From Azolla caroliniana (Eukaryota > Plantae > Polypodiophyta), in NCBI GenBank assembly GCA_043228905.1, contig JBHGNT010000006.1, forward strand, positions 13,020,001 to 13,084,000: a DNA stretch of 64,000 bases, read 5' to 3'. The position numbers and the translations under genes were made by a program. The notes under the pieces were generated by a model. That model ran no database searches and had not been told where the DNA came from. It saw only the letters and a program-made list of their open reading frames with translations. Numbering within the stretch: the first letter of the stretch is position 1; every line of letters starts with the position of its first letter. Positions 37,986 through 50,928 of the stretch are shown piece by piece.

Positions 37986-39728
37986 ATGGAGAATCAACAA
38001 AAGGCCAACATGATGATGATGATGTTCGAGAGAATGCTACAAGAACAACGCGAGATGTCGGAGATCACGACAGTAGTACAACGGCTCGTGCAACAGAACG
38101 GGTAATTCGATGGAAAGGACGTGTCACGCTATCTACGTGACTACAAAACGGAGATGTTGCGATATGGTATCTCAGAAAGATTGCAAGTGTTATCTTTGAA
38201 CCGGGTGGCTACGGATGAGCTTCAAGAGAGAATCCACGAGATACGGCAACAAAGCCCGACGTGGGAGTCCTTTGAAGAAGCTATACGAGACGCATATGAC
38301 TATCTAAGACCGAAGCGGACGAGGACATGGTCCACGAACGGCGGTCAACAGTGGGTGAAAAGCGGCCACCGACTACCACCGAAGGAGAGCTTGATGCGGA
38401 AGGGTTCGGAGATGCATGAAAAGTCGCAAGTCGACATTGAAGGGGAGCTTAAAACCGAACCAAAGTCGAGGCCAACAAAGGACGAGGAGGAGGAAGATCG
38501 AGGACGAAAGGGTATCCCCACACCGGTTCCAGAGACTTCGGCGGTTGTGCCCGTGCACCAACGTGAGACCGGAGAGACGGAATGTGTCGGTGGAAAAGTG
38601 GAGGACCGGAAGGGCGACGAGGAAGACAAAGTAAATGAGCACGAACGAAGGGATTCCTTCACCATTGTTTCGGAGACTTCGGTAGTCGAGCCCGTTTATC
38701 GACATAACACCGAAGATAAGGAAAGTGGCGGCAACGAAATGAAGGTCGAAGCCGATGCATATGAAGGAGAGATAGCCAAGGAGGTGGCTATGGGTGAAAC
38801 AACGGAGGACGATAATACCGTGGATTCCTGTCCACTAATTCTAGAGACTTCGGCGGTTGTATTCGAGAACCAACATGAGACCGGAGAGACAGGAGGTGGC
38901 AGCAAGAAAGGTAAAGTCGGAAGCCGGTTCGGATGGAAGGTCATCCGGACAGGATTCCGATCCGAAAGAAAGATGAACCGGGTAAAAGAGGATTCGGCCG
39001 AAAGACGAACTGAAAGAAAGCCGAACCGGGTGAAAGGGGATTCGGCCGAAAGACGACCCGAAAGAAAGTCGAACCGGGTGAAAGAGGATTCGACTGAAAG
39101 ACGACCCGAAAGAAAGCCGAACCGGGCAAATGAGGATTCGACCGAAAGTCGACCCGAAAGAAAGCCGAACCGAAAGGAAGAGAATTCGGCCGAAAGATGA
39201 CACAAATGAAAGCCGAACCGGGCGAATGAGGATTCGGTCGAAAGACGACCCGAAAGAAAGTCGACCCGAAAAGGGGTCGACTCGATCAAAACCAGTCGAC
39301 CGAGTCCGATTTGGCCGAACGCGAATATGGATGGAAGCTGACCTAGCCGAAAGCCGATCGGACGAGACCGATCTGGAAAGAAGCTAATCCGACTCAACCG
39401 GAGGTTGGACCGGTCGAGGCTGGTGAAAACGAGGAAAAGAAAGCCAACCGAAACCGAAACTGATAGATCAAAACCGGGCCGGAAGGAGACCGACTCAATC
39501 GAAACCGAACAACCGATTCCGATTCGGCCAAATACGAATCCGATCAGAAGCCGATCAAACTGAAAGTCGATCGGACGAGAGCGATCCGGAAAAAAGTCAA
39601 GGTTTGTGAAGACAAGAAAGAGGCCAGTAAAAGACACTACCACGAATGACAAGGGCCAAGAATATGACGAGAGAGAACAAAGAATATGGTGGATCGGATG
39701 GCGACAATGGTTCGGGTGGAAAGAATAG
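37986..39728 (+). pseudogene. gag: N Gag N-terminal domain fused to a repetitive charged tail
   Basis: One frame with a few stops, mostly explicable by C>T. G*FDGKDVSRYLRDYK aligns with G4 GQFDGRNVTKFFDAYK. PETSAVV and ERKPNRVKEDSAERRP repeats follow. Confidence 0.8.
38960..39265 (+). repeat. 48-bp (16-aa) in-frame tandem repeat, about 6 copies
   Basis: CCGAAAGAAAGCCGAACCGGGTGAAAGAGGATTCGGCCGAAAGACGAC-like units. Confidence 0.9.
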
Positions 39729-42700
39729 GTCTACTCAAAATGGAGATACAAAGTTTACATAGCGGGACAAACGGAGGATGAAGTGGAGACAACGAGCATC
39801 GGCAACTTCGGCACATACCGGAGGATGTGCGGGTTCGGAGGGGGCGAGTGTCGTAGTGTATTTCGTACACTACGTGAAAAAGTAAAAATAATATAACCGA
39901 TTTAATTACATATAAATAAATAAAATAAGAATATCAAAATATCTATCACGTGCATAGGGCAAGATTCGAACCCTGTACCTCCACAGGGCCAAACCTCAAC
40001 TTTACCATTATGCTACCTTATCTTTAGTGTTCTACAAATAGATTTAATAAATATAAGTGCTTTATTTGCGCCTACCTTTATTAAAAGGTAAATCATGCAT
40101 TTTTAGAGTGCGTGAATATTTTATAGAAAAACACAAGCAACTAAAAAGTGACTCATGCACATCTAGCGTGCATGAGCACTATATTTAGCAAATAAAAGCA
40201 AGGATTAGAAAATCATCACATGCACATTTAGTGTGCATGAACATATTAGAAAAAGCATGTAGCTATGCTTAGTCTCTCCCATCACTATATAAGGATGGGG
40301 AGCACATTGTAGTTTTTGTTGATTATTTTTCTATAATGATCAATCAATCTAAAATATTCGTGGGATTCACGAATTTGCTAAAATAATTCTCTCTTACTAC
40401 CTAAATATTGACTAAATATACTAAACTCGTGGGATTCACGAGATTCTTATCTTATAACTCTTTATACCTATTCTTTACTAGCCTTATTTGTATTTTTCTT
40501 TCTCCTAGTCCAAAACCTCAGTGGTTCCCACCCGACTCACGCAACGATCTGGAGCCGAAAGGCACGACAACGTGAACGTCGAGGAGGAAGAAATGGTGCA
40601 GGTTTGTCTTGGAGCATTAGCGTCAAAGTTCGGAGCATTCTGAACGGCGGTCTGCACAAGGGAGATTACGCATTCGTTCTTCGAGCTTCAGTCGATGTTG
40701 CTCATGGAGGAAAACCACACGGGTGCGTCAACGAGTAAGCATACCAACAACAAGATGTTGTACTTGGAGGAAGATAGGCCCCATAGTCATGGCGGACAAG
40801 GCGGATCAACGCACAATGGAGGTGGCCGAAAAGAGCAGAACGTGTGGCATAATCGAAATGCCGAAAGCAATTCTGAACCCTCCGAAATCAGGGGGAGCCA
40901 CAGTGGTGCCAAAAGCCGACAAGAGAAGGTCGTGACGGAATGTTGGTACTGTTGCAAGAAAGGCCACCGAGAGAGCGAGTGCTGGAAGAAGAGAGCTGAT
41001 TCGAATATGCTGAATCAAGTGGAAGAGACGCACGCAGGCGTCAAAAATCACACTACGCCGAAGGCTCCAAACAAGTCAGAAATGGATCGGGCCCAGTCTT
41101 CGTAATGAAGCACAAGGTCAATTCGATGGCCGTGAACACCTCGAAATCAAGCAAGGTGTGGTATGTTTATTCCGGAGCATCAAATCATATGACAAGTCAA
41201 GAGGAATGGTTCTCGTACTTGGAGAAATCGGAAAAACAAGGAGTGGTCGAAACGGGAGACGACACTCCACATACCATCGAACATGTCAGAGAAATTCCTA
41301 TGAGCCACGTCGGGAAGAAAGGGAAACTTATGAACGAGTTGCACGTCCCAACAATAACCAAGAACCTGGTATCGCTCGGTCAGATCGTCGACCGGGGGAT
41401 GCAAGTTCGATTCACACACCTCAGGTGCTACATCGAAGAGGAAGGACAAGTTATCGCGCAAGGGCACCGTGAAGGGAGGATGTTCATCCTCCACACCAAT
41501 CAAGCCGGAATTGCGTTGTTCGCTAGAGGACAGAAGGTCGAGTCGGACATCAACCTATGGCACAAGTGGTTCGACCATGTTAACTTCCCACAACTTCGTG
41601 AAATGCAAACGAAGAACATTGTTTTCGGTTTGCCGAAATTTCGAGGCCGTAATGGCCAAGTCTGCGAAGCCTGCCAACTCGGGAAGCAACACCGACTTCC
41701 ATTCCCCAATGAGCATAATTGTAGTCGAAAGCCGCTAGATTTGATCCAGTCGGATGTGTTGAGTCTCGGTGGAAGACGTTACTTCGTAACCGTCATCGAT
41801 GACTTCACTCGACATACTTGGGCATGCTTGATCACTTAAAAGAGCGAAGTCTTGACGTGGTTCCTGAAGGTGAAGAGCCTTGTGGAAAAGGAAATTGGAC
41901 GAAAGATCAAGTGCCTACAGTCCGATGGCGGGAAGGAGTACTTCTCCAACCAGTTCACAAGTTATCTACAGAAGGAGGGAATTCAACGCGAATTCTTGTG
42001 TAGATATATGCCGGAGCACAATGGTGTATCCAAACTGAAGAATCAGACGATCGAAGAAGCTGCCAAGGCAATGCTTGAAGAGACGCATATGTTGAAGTTT
42101 TACTAGGCTGAAGCCATAAAAACGGTTGTTTACTTGTAGAATCGGACCTCTGCTAATGGTGGAGTGTCACCACATGAGTTGTATTACGGAAAGAAGCCCG
42201 AAGGAGAAACGGAGGAAGCTAGACACCAAAGCCAAAAAGTGCTAGCCCCACCGTGTGAGTTCTTCTAGCCGTAGCGGCGACGAAGGGGTGGCATCTACAT
42301 CAGATGGATGTAAAAAATGCATTCCTGCAAGGTGATCTTGAGGAACAAGTGTACATGGTACAACCCCCTGCATTTCTATCCGAACAGAACACTTCGGCAA
42401 TCTGCTGATTCAAGAAAGCGTTGTACGAACTTGGAAAGCGAAGATTACGCAACAGTTGCGTAGAATGGGGTTTACGACATCAAAGTCGGACTCCTCGTTG
42501 TTCGTTCAACAAGGTTGACATGGAACAATTTGTCTTTTACTTTATGTTGATGATTTAGTCTTCGTTGGTGCTGACCTGGAAGAAATCGGCCGCATAAGTC
42601 TCAGCTTGTGGCATCGTTCGAAATGAAGAATCTTGGCGATTCATTACTTCCTCGGGATCAAAGTGATCCATTCTCCCGAAGGCATATTGATCAATTAGCA

Positions 42701-42772
42701 TCACTACACGATGAATATGCTCTTCAAGTTCGGGATGGCAGATTGTAAGCCCATCTTGACCCCTCTGGATAG

Positions 42773-45700
42773 TGTTGGGTGTGTGAGGAAGCACACACGA
42801 GAAGCTCAAACAAGAAGCACTCACACAAAGAAGCACACACGAGAAGCACACACGAGAAGCTCATGCAAGAAGCTCAGACAAGAAGCACTCACACAAAGAA
42901 GGCAATGGCTGGAATAGCTCTCTCTATAGATGAATAATACAAACCCGGTAAGAGCTGAAATATATATCCCTAAGTACTAAGTACCACCACATATGAGTGA
43001 CTCCTGCCACCATATGGAACTTTGGTGAATATGTCTGCCACATTATCTTGTGTAGGCACATTTACCAAATCAATATCTCCTGCATGAAGGTGCTCTCTCA
43101 CATAGTGATAATGCACCTCAATATGTTTGGTTCGTGCATGAAATACAAGATTTCATGCAACAGCCAATGCACTCTTACTATCTGTGAGAATACGTGTAGC
43201 AACATCAATCTCCATGCAAAGATCCATCAAAAGGTTTCTTAGCCATATACACTCCGTTGTAGGTGTGAAAACTGCCATGTACTCAGCTTCACAACTTGAT
43301 GTCGCCACTATAGGTTGCTTTTTACTCAACCAAGATATACATGAGTTTCCAAGGAAAAAGCAATTACCACTAGTGGACACGCAGGTATCGTAACAACCAA
43401 CCCAATCACTATCTGTAAAAGCATGCAAGCATGGCCGAGTATCTCTGCCATAAAAGAGACCCAAGCTCAAAGTGCACGTAAAATATCTAAACACATGTTT
43501 CACTGCTTGCCAATGCTTAGTGCCAGGGCTATGCATGAATCGACTCAACTGGGAGACTGCATACTGTATATCTGGCCTTGTATTGCATGCATATATAAGA
43601 CATCCCACAGCTTGTTGATAAAGAGAAGTATCAAATGCATCACTAGATTCCTCAACAGAGAACCTAAATCCCGTCTCCACAGGTGTGGAAACCGGCTTGC
43701 AATCCTCAAAGTCAAAACGTTGAAGTAGTTTTTCAACATACTTTCTTGATGCATAACCATTCCCCCCTCAACGGATACAAACTGGATGCCAAGATAGTAG
43801 CTCAAAAGACCAAGATAAGTGACTTCAAAAGTATGTTGCAAATTAGCCATAAGAGAATCAAGTTTTGCATCACATGACCCAGTCAAGAGTATGTCATCAA
43901 CATAAAGAATGAGCACTAGAAGATCAGTGCCATCTTTGTGTACATAAAGCGTGCTTTCAATCGGACTACATGTGAAGCCAAGAGCAATCAAGTGCTTATG
44001 GATTTTTTCATACCATGCACATGGATCTTGCTTGAGACCATACAAGGCCTTATGCAAGTGGCAAACAATGCTCTTTCTCTTTCATAGCAAATCCAGGAGG
44101 TTGCTTCACATAAACCTCTTCTTGCAAATCACCATTTAAGAAAGTTGTTTTTATGTCCAATTGATGCATTTTCCAACCTCTTTGGGCAGCCAATGCAACC
44201 ACGGTATGAATGGTGCAAAAGTTTCCTCATAATCAATGTCATATTGTTGTGCATATCCTTTGGCAACCAATCTAGCTTTGCAACGATCAATACTACCATC
44301 GAACTTTCGTTTAATATTGTAAAACCACTTAGTACCAATCACATTCTTTCCTTTTAGCAATTCACATAACTCCCAAGTATCATTCTTATGAATGGAATCC
44401 ATTTCTGACTGCATAGCACTCATCCAATGTGGATCATCACATGCATCTTCAAAAGTAAGTGGCGCCTCATTACATGCTATTGCAGTTACAATAGAATAAT
44501 CCACAAAATTACTTGATGCATGGCGAGAGCTTGATCTTGTTCTACCAAGTAAAGGTGCACTCAATTTGCTATCTTGCAAAGTTTGTTTCAGCCACCTCGG
44601 CATAGTCTGTGACCTCTCGATAGCCATACGTTCATTATGTAATACATCTTCAATATTTACATCATGCGTGGGCTGAATTTCATGCTCATTTTCAGCCACC
44701 ATTTGTTGCAAATTTTCAGCCATGTTTGGTTGGACATTTCGTGCATTTTTAGCACTTATTTGCTGGAAATTTTCATCCCTTTGAAACTCACTTGGCTGGT
44801 CTACATGTCCATGGTCAAGCGCACCACTTTGGAGTAAAGGCATGAGTGTATCAAACACATCTTGTGAGCTAACTGTTGGTTGCTTTTTGCATTCAAGAAA
44901 AGTCAAAGCTGAATTTTCAGTAAATATCACATCTCGACTCACAATAATTGTGTCCGTCAATGGATGATACAAACGATATCCCTTACTTTCTTTGCCTTGT
45001 CATCAAGTTTGTGACATTGTTGTGATGGCACAAGAGCATATGCCAAACAACCAAACACACGCATATGAATAACCATACGTTTATGTCCCTTCCAAGCCTC
45101 ATATGGCGTAATGACTCTCAACGCTTTTGTAGGGCAATGATTCAACACATAATTTGCACACATAACCGCTTCCATCCAAAACTTGTTATGAAGATGCTTT
45201 CCTTTAACCATACATTGTGCCATCTCTAAGAGTGTTCTATTTTTGCGCTCCACAACACCATTTTGTTGAGGTGTATATGGCACCATCCATTGAATCATGC
45301 AAAATGCCTCTTTCACAAAGAAAACCATTAAACTCCTGTGACATATATTCGCCGCCACGATCCGTGCGTAGAGTCAAGAGCTTATTTCCGGAAAACTTTT
45401 CAGCCATAGCTAAAAATGATTTAAAACAAGAAAATACCTCATTCTTGGCTTTCATAGGATACACCCATGTATGGCGAGTAGCATCATCAATGAAGGTAAC
45501 AAAATATACATGCTTTCCAAAAGATGGAGTCTTTACAGGACCACACACATCACTACGAACAACTTGTAATTTTCTTGTAGTGTGTGTATGACTATCTTTT
45601 GGAAAAGAAGCACGATGCATTTTTCCAAGAATGCAACCTTCACATGCATGTCTTTCAATGGACTCAAGTGTAGGCAACCCAATAACCATATCCTTCTTTT

Positions 45701-47370
45701 GCAAGTGAAGCAAACTATTGAAGTTCAAGTGACCAAAACGAGCATGCCAAAGCTCCATTTCAGCCATGGAAGAAGTATGGACAGCCAAGGCATTTAGAGA
45801 AGCCCTCTTGTATGTATCCAAATGATACAAGCCATTGGATAATGTACCGGACATCATGATAACATCGCCATTGCTACAATCATGAACCATGCACTTATCA
45901 TCAACAAAATGTACATGAAGTCCAGCTTTGGCAATCAAAGGAACCGAAATTAAGTTCTTCTTGATACCGGGCACATACAATACATTCTTTAAGACGACAA
46001 CACCTCCATTTGCAGCCGAAAGCTCAATTTCTCCTACTCCAATGATAGGATAAGAGGCATTGTTTGCACACACCACATGCCCTCCTTTGGGTGCATGATG
46101 CATCATAATGATATGTAACACATGCCCAATAATCTTGGGCTATGTTGGCTTCATCACTCTTTGCACATGAAACATTTTCAGAAATGGTCATGCCGGATTC
46201 CTTCTTCTTCTCATTGTGCTTAACAAGCTTTCTACACTCTTCAATAGTATGGCCAACCTTCAGACAATATTTGCATCTCTTCTTCTTTTGCAAATCACCA
46301 TCATTAGAGGAATAAGTGGAAGAGGGAGGTTGAGGCTTTGGTTTTGATGAACCAAAAGCTGAACCATACTTGCTTTTTCCTTTCTATGAGATAGCAAATG
46401 CTTGTGTTCCCTCTATCAAACCACTTCTATTCACTCTAGATTGTTCTTCTTGCAAAAGAAGAGACACAACCTCATCAAATGCATACGTATCGGTATTCCC
46501 TTTTGCAACCAAACGAATAGTAGTAGAAAAGCTTTGAAAATATTCGGGTAATCCTTTCAACAACGTAGAGATAAGTGATGTATTCGAAATTATCTCATCT
46601 ATGTTTGCCAATTTCTCTTTCAAATCTTTGATGCGTGTCACATACACATCTACTGACTCATTGTCAGCCATATATACATCCTCAAGTTGCTTTCTCAAAT
46701 ATGCAACACGTGCTTCATTACGCACGGGATACAACAAAGCAAGAGTGCCCCATGCTTGTTTGGACATAGAGCATGACCGAATATGTGGAACTATGTGCTG
46801 CTCACAGAAAGTGCAATCAATGCATGAGCTTGAGTAGATGAAGTCACTATGGTCGAAGATGAACCTGTATCTGTGACAGTAGACTGTGAAGTAGTAGCAC
46901 CAGCAGGGCATCGATCTACATCTACCACTATGTTCCATAGTTGTTTGGCAACAGTTCTAGTGCGGAAATACACTTCCCTATATTCGGAACTTGATTTGCA
47001 TAGTTAAAAGTGCGCGCGCGCCGCGATGCGGACAACCGAAGATGGAGAGGATGAAGAACTTGCTCTGATACCAGTGTTGGGTGTGTGAGGAAGAGTGAGT
47101 GACACACAAGAAGCACACACGAGAAGCTCAGACAAGAAGCACTCACACAAAGAAGGCAATGGCTGGAATAGCTCTCTCTATTGATGAATAATACAAACCT
47201 AGTAAGAGCTGAAACATATATCCCTAAGTACTAAGTACCACCACATATGAGTGACTAATGTATGTGGTAACATTGGGAAAAAACCTCTAGCCAACACTAG
47301 AGTAATAAGTGCCCATGTATAGGCAAAATGGTTCACATCAAAGCTACTCGAGGAACACGTAAGTGTAACA
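42773..47370 (-). mobile_element. Copia E: 5' LTR 47075-47370, PBS 47062-47073, 3' LTR partly deleted (42773 to about 43002)
   Basis: TSD GATAG on both sides. gag 46384..46938, CKYCLKVGHTIEEC, integrase 45237..46121, RT LYVDD, RNase H CEAEY. Confidence 0.94.
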
Positions 47371-47375
47371 GATAG

Positions 47376-48699
47376 AAACGTAAAGCTTCACCACGATTCG
47401 AGAAAGGCGTGCGACCCGACACGGTTTCAACAGATTGTTGGAAGCCTCATCTACTTGACGATCACTTGGCCAAACCTCAGCTATCCAGTCAGCATGATCA
47501 GTCAATTTATGTCGTAGCCCACGGCCGAACACCTTGAGTGCGTGCAAAGGATATTACGATATGTCAGTGGCACGAAAGACATGGCGGCCATGTACCGTAC
47601 AGATGTAGCTGAGCAATTAGTCGGCTACACGGATGCCGATTGGGCCGGAAATGCTCACGATCGTAGATCCACATCCAGATACGCATTCTCACTGAAAACT
47701 GCGGCAATCGCGTGCAACAGTAAGAAGCAGCCAATAGTAGCACTATCGAGCACTAAGGCTGAATATCGAGGGGCGACTGTCGCTACATGCAAAGTCATTT
47801 GGTTGAAATGGCTGTTACGAGATCTGCACATAAAGGTGACTGATCCAACAACGATCTAATGCGACAACCTCAACAACATCCACCTTGTGAAAAACCCTAT
47901 ATTCCACGCTCGAACTAAGCACATTGAGGTGCACTACCATTTTGTCCGTTAGCGTGTCCTTTCTGGTGAGGTCGAACTGGCATATGTTCCGACGGGTCGA
48001 TAGATTGCTAACATCTTCACCAAGCCCCTTGGTCTCAACAAGTTACGACATTTCTCGATTAAGCTGGGTTTGCATCACCTCGACACGATGAACTTGAGGG
48101 GGAGATAGGAACAAGAACAACAGCGTGAAAGGAGCAGTAGTAATCACGATGCCAAATCATATGAAGAATTCGATTTCGGGCCGGCTGAAGAAGCCGAAGA
48201 AGAAAACAGGGGCCGTAATCGCAAGGAAGAGTTGGAGACAGCCGAACAAAGGAGAAACAAAGCCAAGAAAGGCATAAAGGCCAAGACTAAGACATGGTCA
48301 GACATAGTTAAGGGCCTGAAGACAGAAGACAAATTGGAGACAGCCAATTCGAGTGAAAGCGGGAATGAATCGGAAATGTTCGATTCAATCGTAATATTCG
48401 ATTCGGATACACCGAATCAACTAAGGGCCATGCAGAGAAAAGAGCAGCAAAATAGGTGTCAACACCGCGACAGCAAGGGAGCTGAGAAAGGCCACATGAG
48501 TAGACAAGCCGACCGAAAGGGTCGAAGCGCGCAGAATCGGACAGGTCGAGGAGCACGAGCAAAGCGTGAAGCTAGGAGAAGCCGGAGCGAAGATCCGGAA
48601 AAGCATATGGAACCTCAAGTTGAGCTTGAGGGGGGAGTGTTGAGAGACAAGCTCAACATTGGGTGCGTAAACAGGTGCGTAGCCCAGTGTGTAGACTAG
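47376..48699 (+). pseudogene. pol: B2 RT end, RNase H and in-frame charged C-terminal extension
   Basis: GYTDADWAG and [12 protein letters not shown] 48232..48699 is in the same frame as 47542..47859. Confidence 0.8.
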
Positions 48700-49051
48700 G
48701 TGCGTAAAACCGTACGCAAAATATGGGCGTGGCGGTGTTTAAACCGAAAGGCCGTTAGAACGTTATTCCTCATAAGGAATAGTTTTGGGAGTTAGTGTAG
48801 AAGGCTCATTTATGAGCAGTCAAGTACTGTCAGTACTTCTGTTAGCCCGATAGTCAGGGCTTGTATAAAAGGTGCTCACTGAGCATGAAATATATACAGA
48901 GAATTATTTTTGAATATTGCTTTGTATTTTCTACTCACTCTGTCTCTCCCTCTCCTTCTCTGTGATTTCTGCATTTTATTGAACTGTCGTACTTCCAAAC
49001 CGTGTACTCTGTGTTATTACGCATACGCTTCAGCACACATACACTTTTACA

Positions 49052-49869
49052 CATATACACTAAACATCCAAACACCCTCAGGTGTTGGTACGAGACATCC
49101 TTACCTATCCACACCCTTTGTGGGACATCATCCTTCAATGGCACTGAGGGAGACTTATTGATAAGATAAATAGTCGTGTACATCGTCTCAGTCCAATACG
49201 ATTTTGGCAGTTTAGCATGAGAGAGCATGCTCTTTACTCTCTCCATGATTGTTCGATTCATCCTCTTTGCAAGCCCGTTCAACTTAGGGGTCTTCGGCAA
49301 TGTGTATTCAATTCGAATACCTTGGGCCTTGCAGTATTCCTCGAATTTCCTTCTATATTCGCCACCATTGTCGGTTCAGACAACTTTCAACTTTCGACCT
49401 GACTCCCGTTCGGCTCTTGCCTAGAACTCCTTGAAGAACGACAATACTTGATCTTTTGACTTTAGTACGAAGGCCCACAACTTCCAATTCTAGTCATCGA
49501 TGAAAGTCGTAAAGTATTGTCCGCCTAGATGCGATAGAGCATCTACATAACACACATCCGTGTGTACTAGTTCCAGACTTGGCGCTTCTCTTTTTCTTGG
49601 TGGTCTTGAGTGGAATGGTGCTCTGTTTTGCTTTCCAACTAAGTAGTCGATGCACTTCTCCAAGTGCACTCCCTTTACCTTTGGTAGAAGTTTTTGATCG
49701 GCTAACATATGCAAACACTTCTCACTCATGTGGCCTAGCCTCTTATGCCATATTTGTCTTGCCGAGTTGAATACCACATTCACTTCCGACTTGAACAGTC
49801 GGGCTTGCACCATATACAGTGTGCCTTCTTTCTATGTTGGGCCACTATAAGATTTCCTCGGTAGAACTT
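49052..49869 (-). pseudogene. pol: Copia C2, segment 1 (integrase)
   Basis: IWHKRLGHMSEK, ELVHTDV, KTPKLNGLAKRMN; joins 36311 across the TSD CATAT. Confidence 0.9.
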
Positions 49870-50119
49870 TGTTGTCTCTGTTCCGAGATAACACCTTTGA
49901 TTACTCCTAGGATAATCAGGTCAAGGGGTCGTGGTACGTAGTAGTGGGCAAGAACCCTAAGATTGAACGGCTATTTAATTACGGAAAACAATCGGCCACA
50001 ATCGGCCTTGTAAATTGCACTTGAAACTAAGATAGCAAATCGAAATGACATAGATAGAGGCTTGGACAGATTAGACCCACAAAGATAAATATATTAATAG
50101 ATTCCGGTACAAAGATTAC
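49870..50119. mobile_element. Probable LTR fragment (G3) interrupted by A3
   Basis: Starts TGTTGTCTC exactly where C2 coding sequence breaks off; non-coding; similar in style to the G1 LTR end. Confidence 0.5.
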
Positions 50120-50928
50120 TATTGGGAATTCGGTCCCTCCGGATGGGATCTGGATGAGAACCGAAGGAGCCGGATCGGATGAGTTGGATGAAGGAACCAG
50201 ATCCGGAAGGGTGCCGAATGAGACCCGAAAACCGGATCGAGTGAATCTGGATGGATCCGGTGCAAACCGGATCAAAGGACATATGTGTAAATATGTTTCA
50301 TGGTTACCCTATTGAGGTTATATTTGTAAATAGCCCAAAATTCATATAAGTATAAATAGAACTTAGGGCAATCACTTTATGCAGAGATGTGGTTATTGTG
50401 AGCTGTTGTAGAACTAGTTTTCTGTTTGTTACCGCCATTGGCGAAGACATAAAGCTCGAGGTCGTTGCCTCTAAGTCTCACTTTGTATTCCTCCTTTCAT
50501 AGTGATAGTTGGAGTCTGTGGGCTCCCGTGGTTTTTTTTCCGTTTAGGGTTTTCAAGGTAAACATCCTGTGTCATCTCGGTTTCAGATTGTTCTCTCTTC
50601 TATTCCTTGTTGAAGACTCGGTTGTGGCTAAGTTTTATTTCCGTACAAATTGGTATCAGAGCGAACAAGAAAATGGAAGGATGATTGGGAATCATGTTCA
50701 AGCTCACCGGTTCCAACTACCGAGTGTGGAAGTCAAAGTTGAGGGACATGCTCGTGGTCAAAGATCTCTGGCTGCCTGTACAATTCAGGGACAAGAAACC
50801 GGATAATATCGATGCCACCACATGGGAGGTGATGCACATGAAGAGGACGGCATACATACAATGCTTCATCGACATGAGCCTGTACAACAACTTCAATGAA
50901 GAAAGTAAGGCTCATGTGCTCTGGGAAA

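Larger units (their letters stand above)
37227..40569 (+). mobile_element. Non-autonomous gag-only gypsy-type LTR element N
   Basis: 721-bp LTRs (37227-37947, 39849-40569) with about 14 differences by eye. 4-bp TSD ACGT, tRNA-Trp PBS and PPT; no pol motifs in the 1.9-kb interior. Confidence 0.93.
36312..49051 (+). mobile_element. Full-length degenerate copia B2, hosting N and E
   Basis: LTRs 36312-36739 and 48638-49051. TSD CATAT on both sides. PBS 36740-36751, PPT 48621-48637. Confidence 0.95.

Noticed and set aside
38696-39652. 318-aa antisense ORF in N
   Set aside because: It is the mirror of purine-rich tandem repeats, with no domain evidence.
25764-42772. B3 and B2 interrupted about 10 bp apart at the homologous RT motif (PISTP/PILTP)
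   Set aside because: The two inserts are unrelated element types and n=2, so coincidence is likely.
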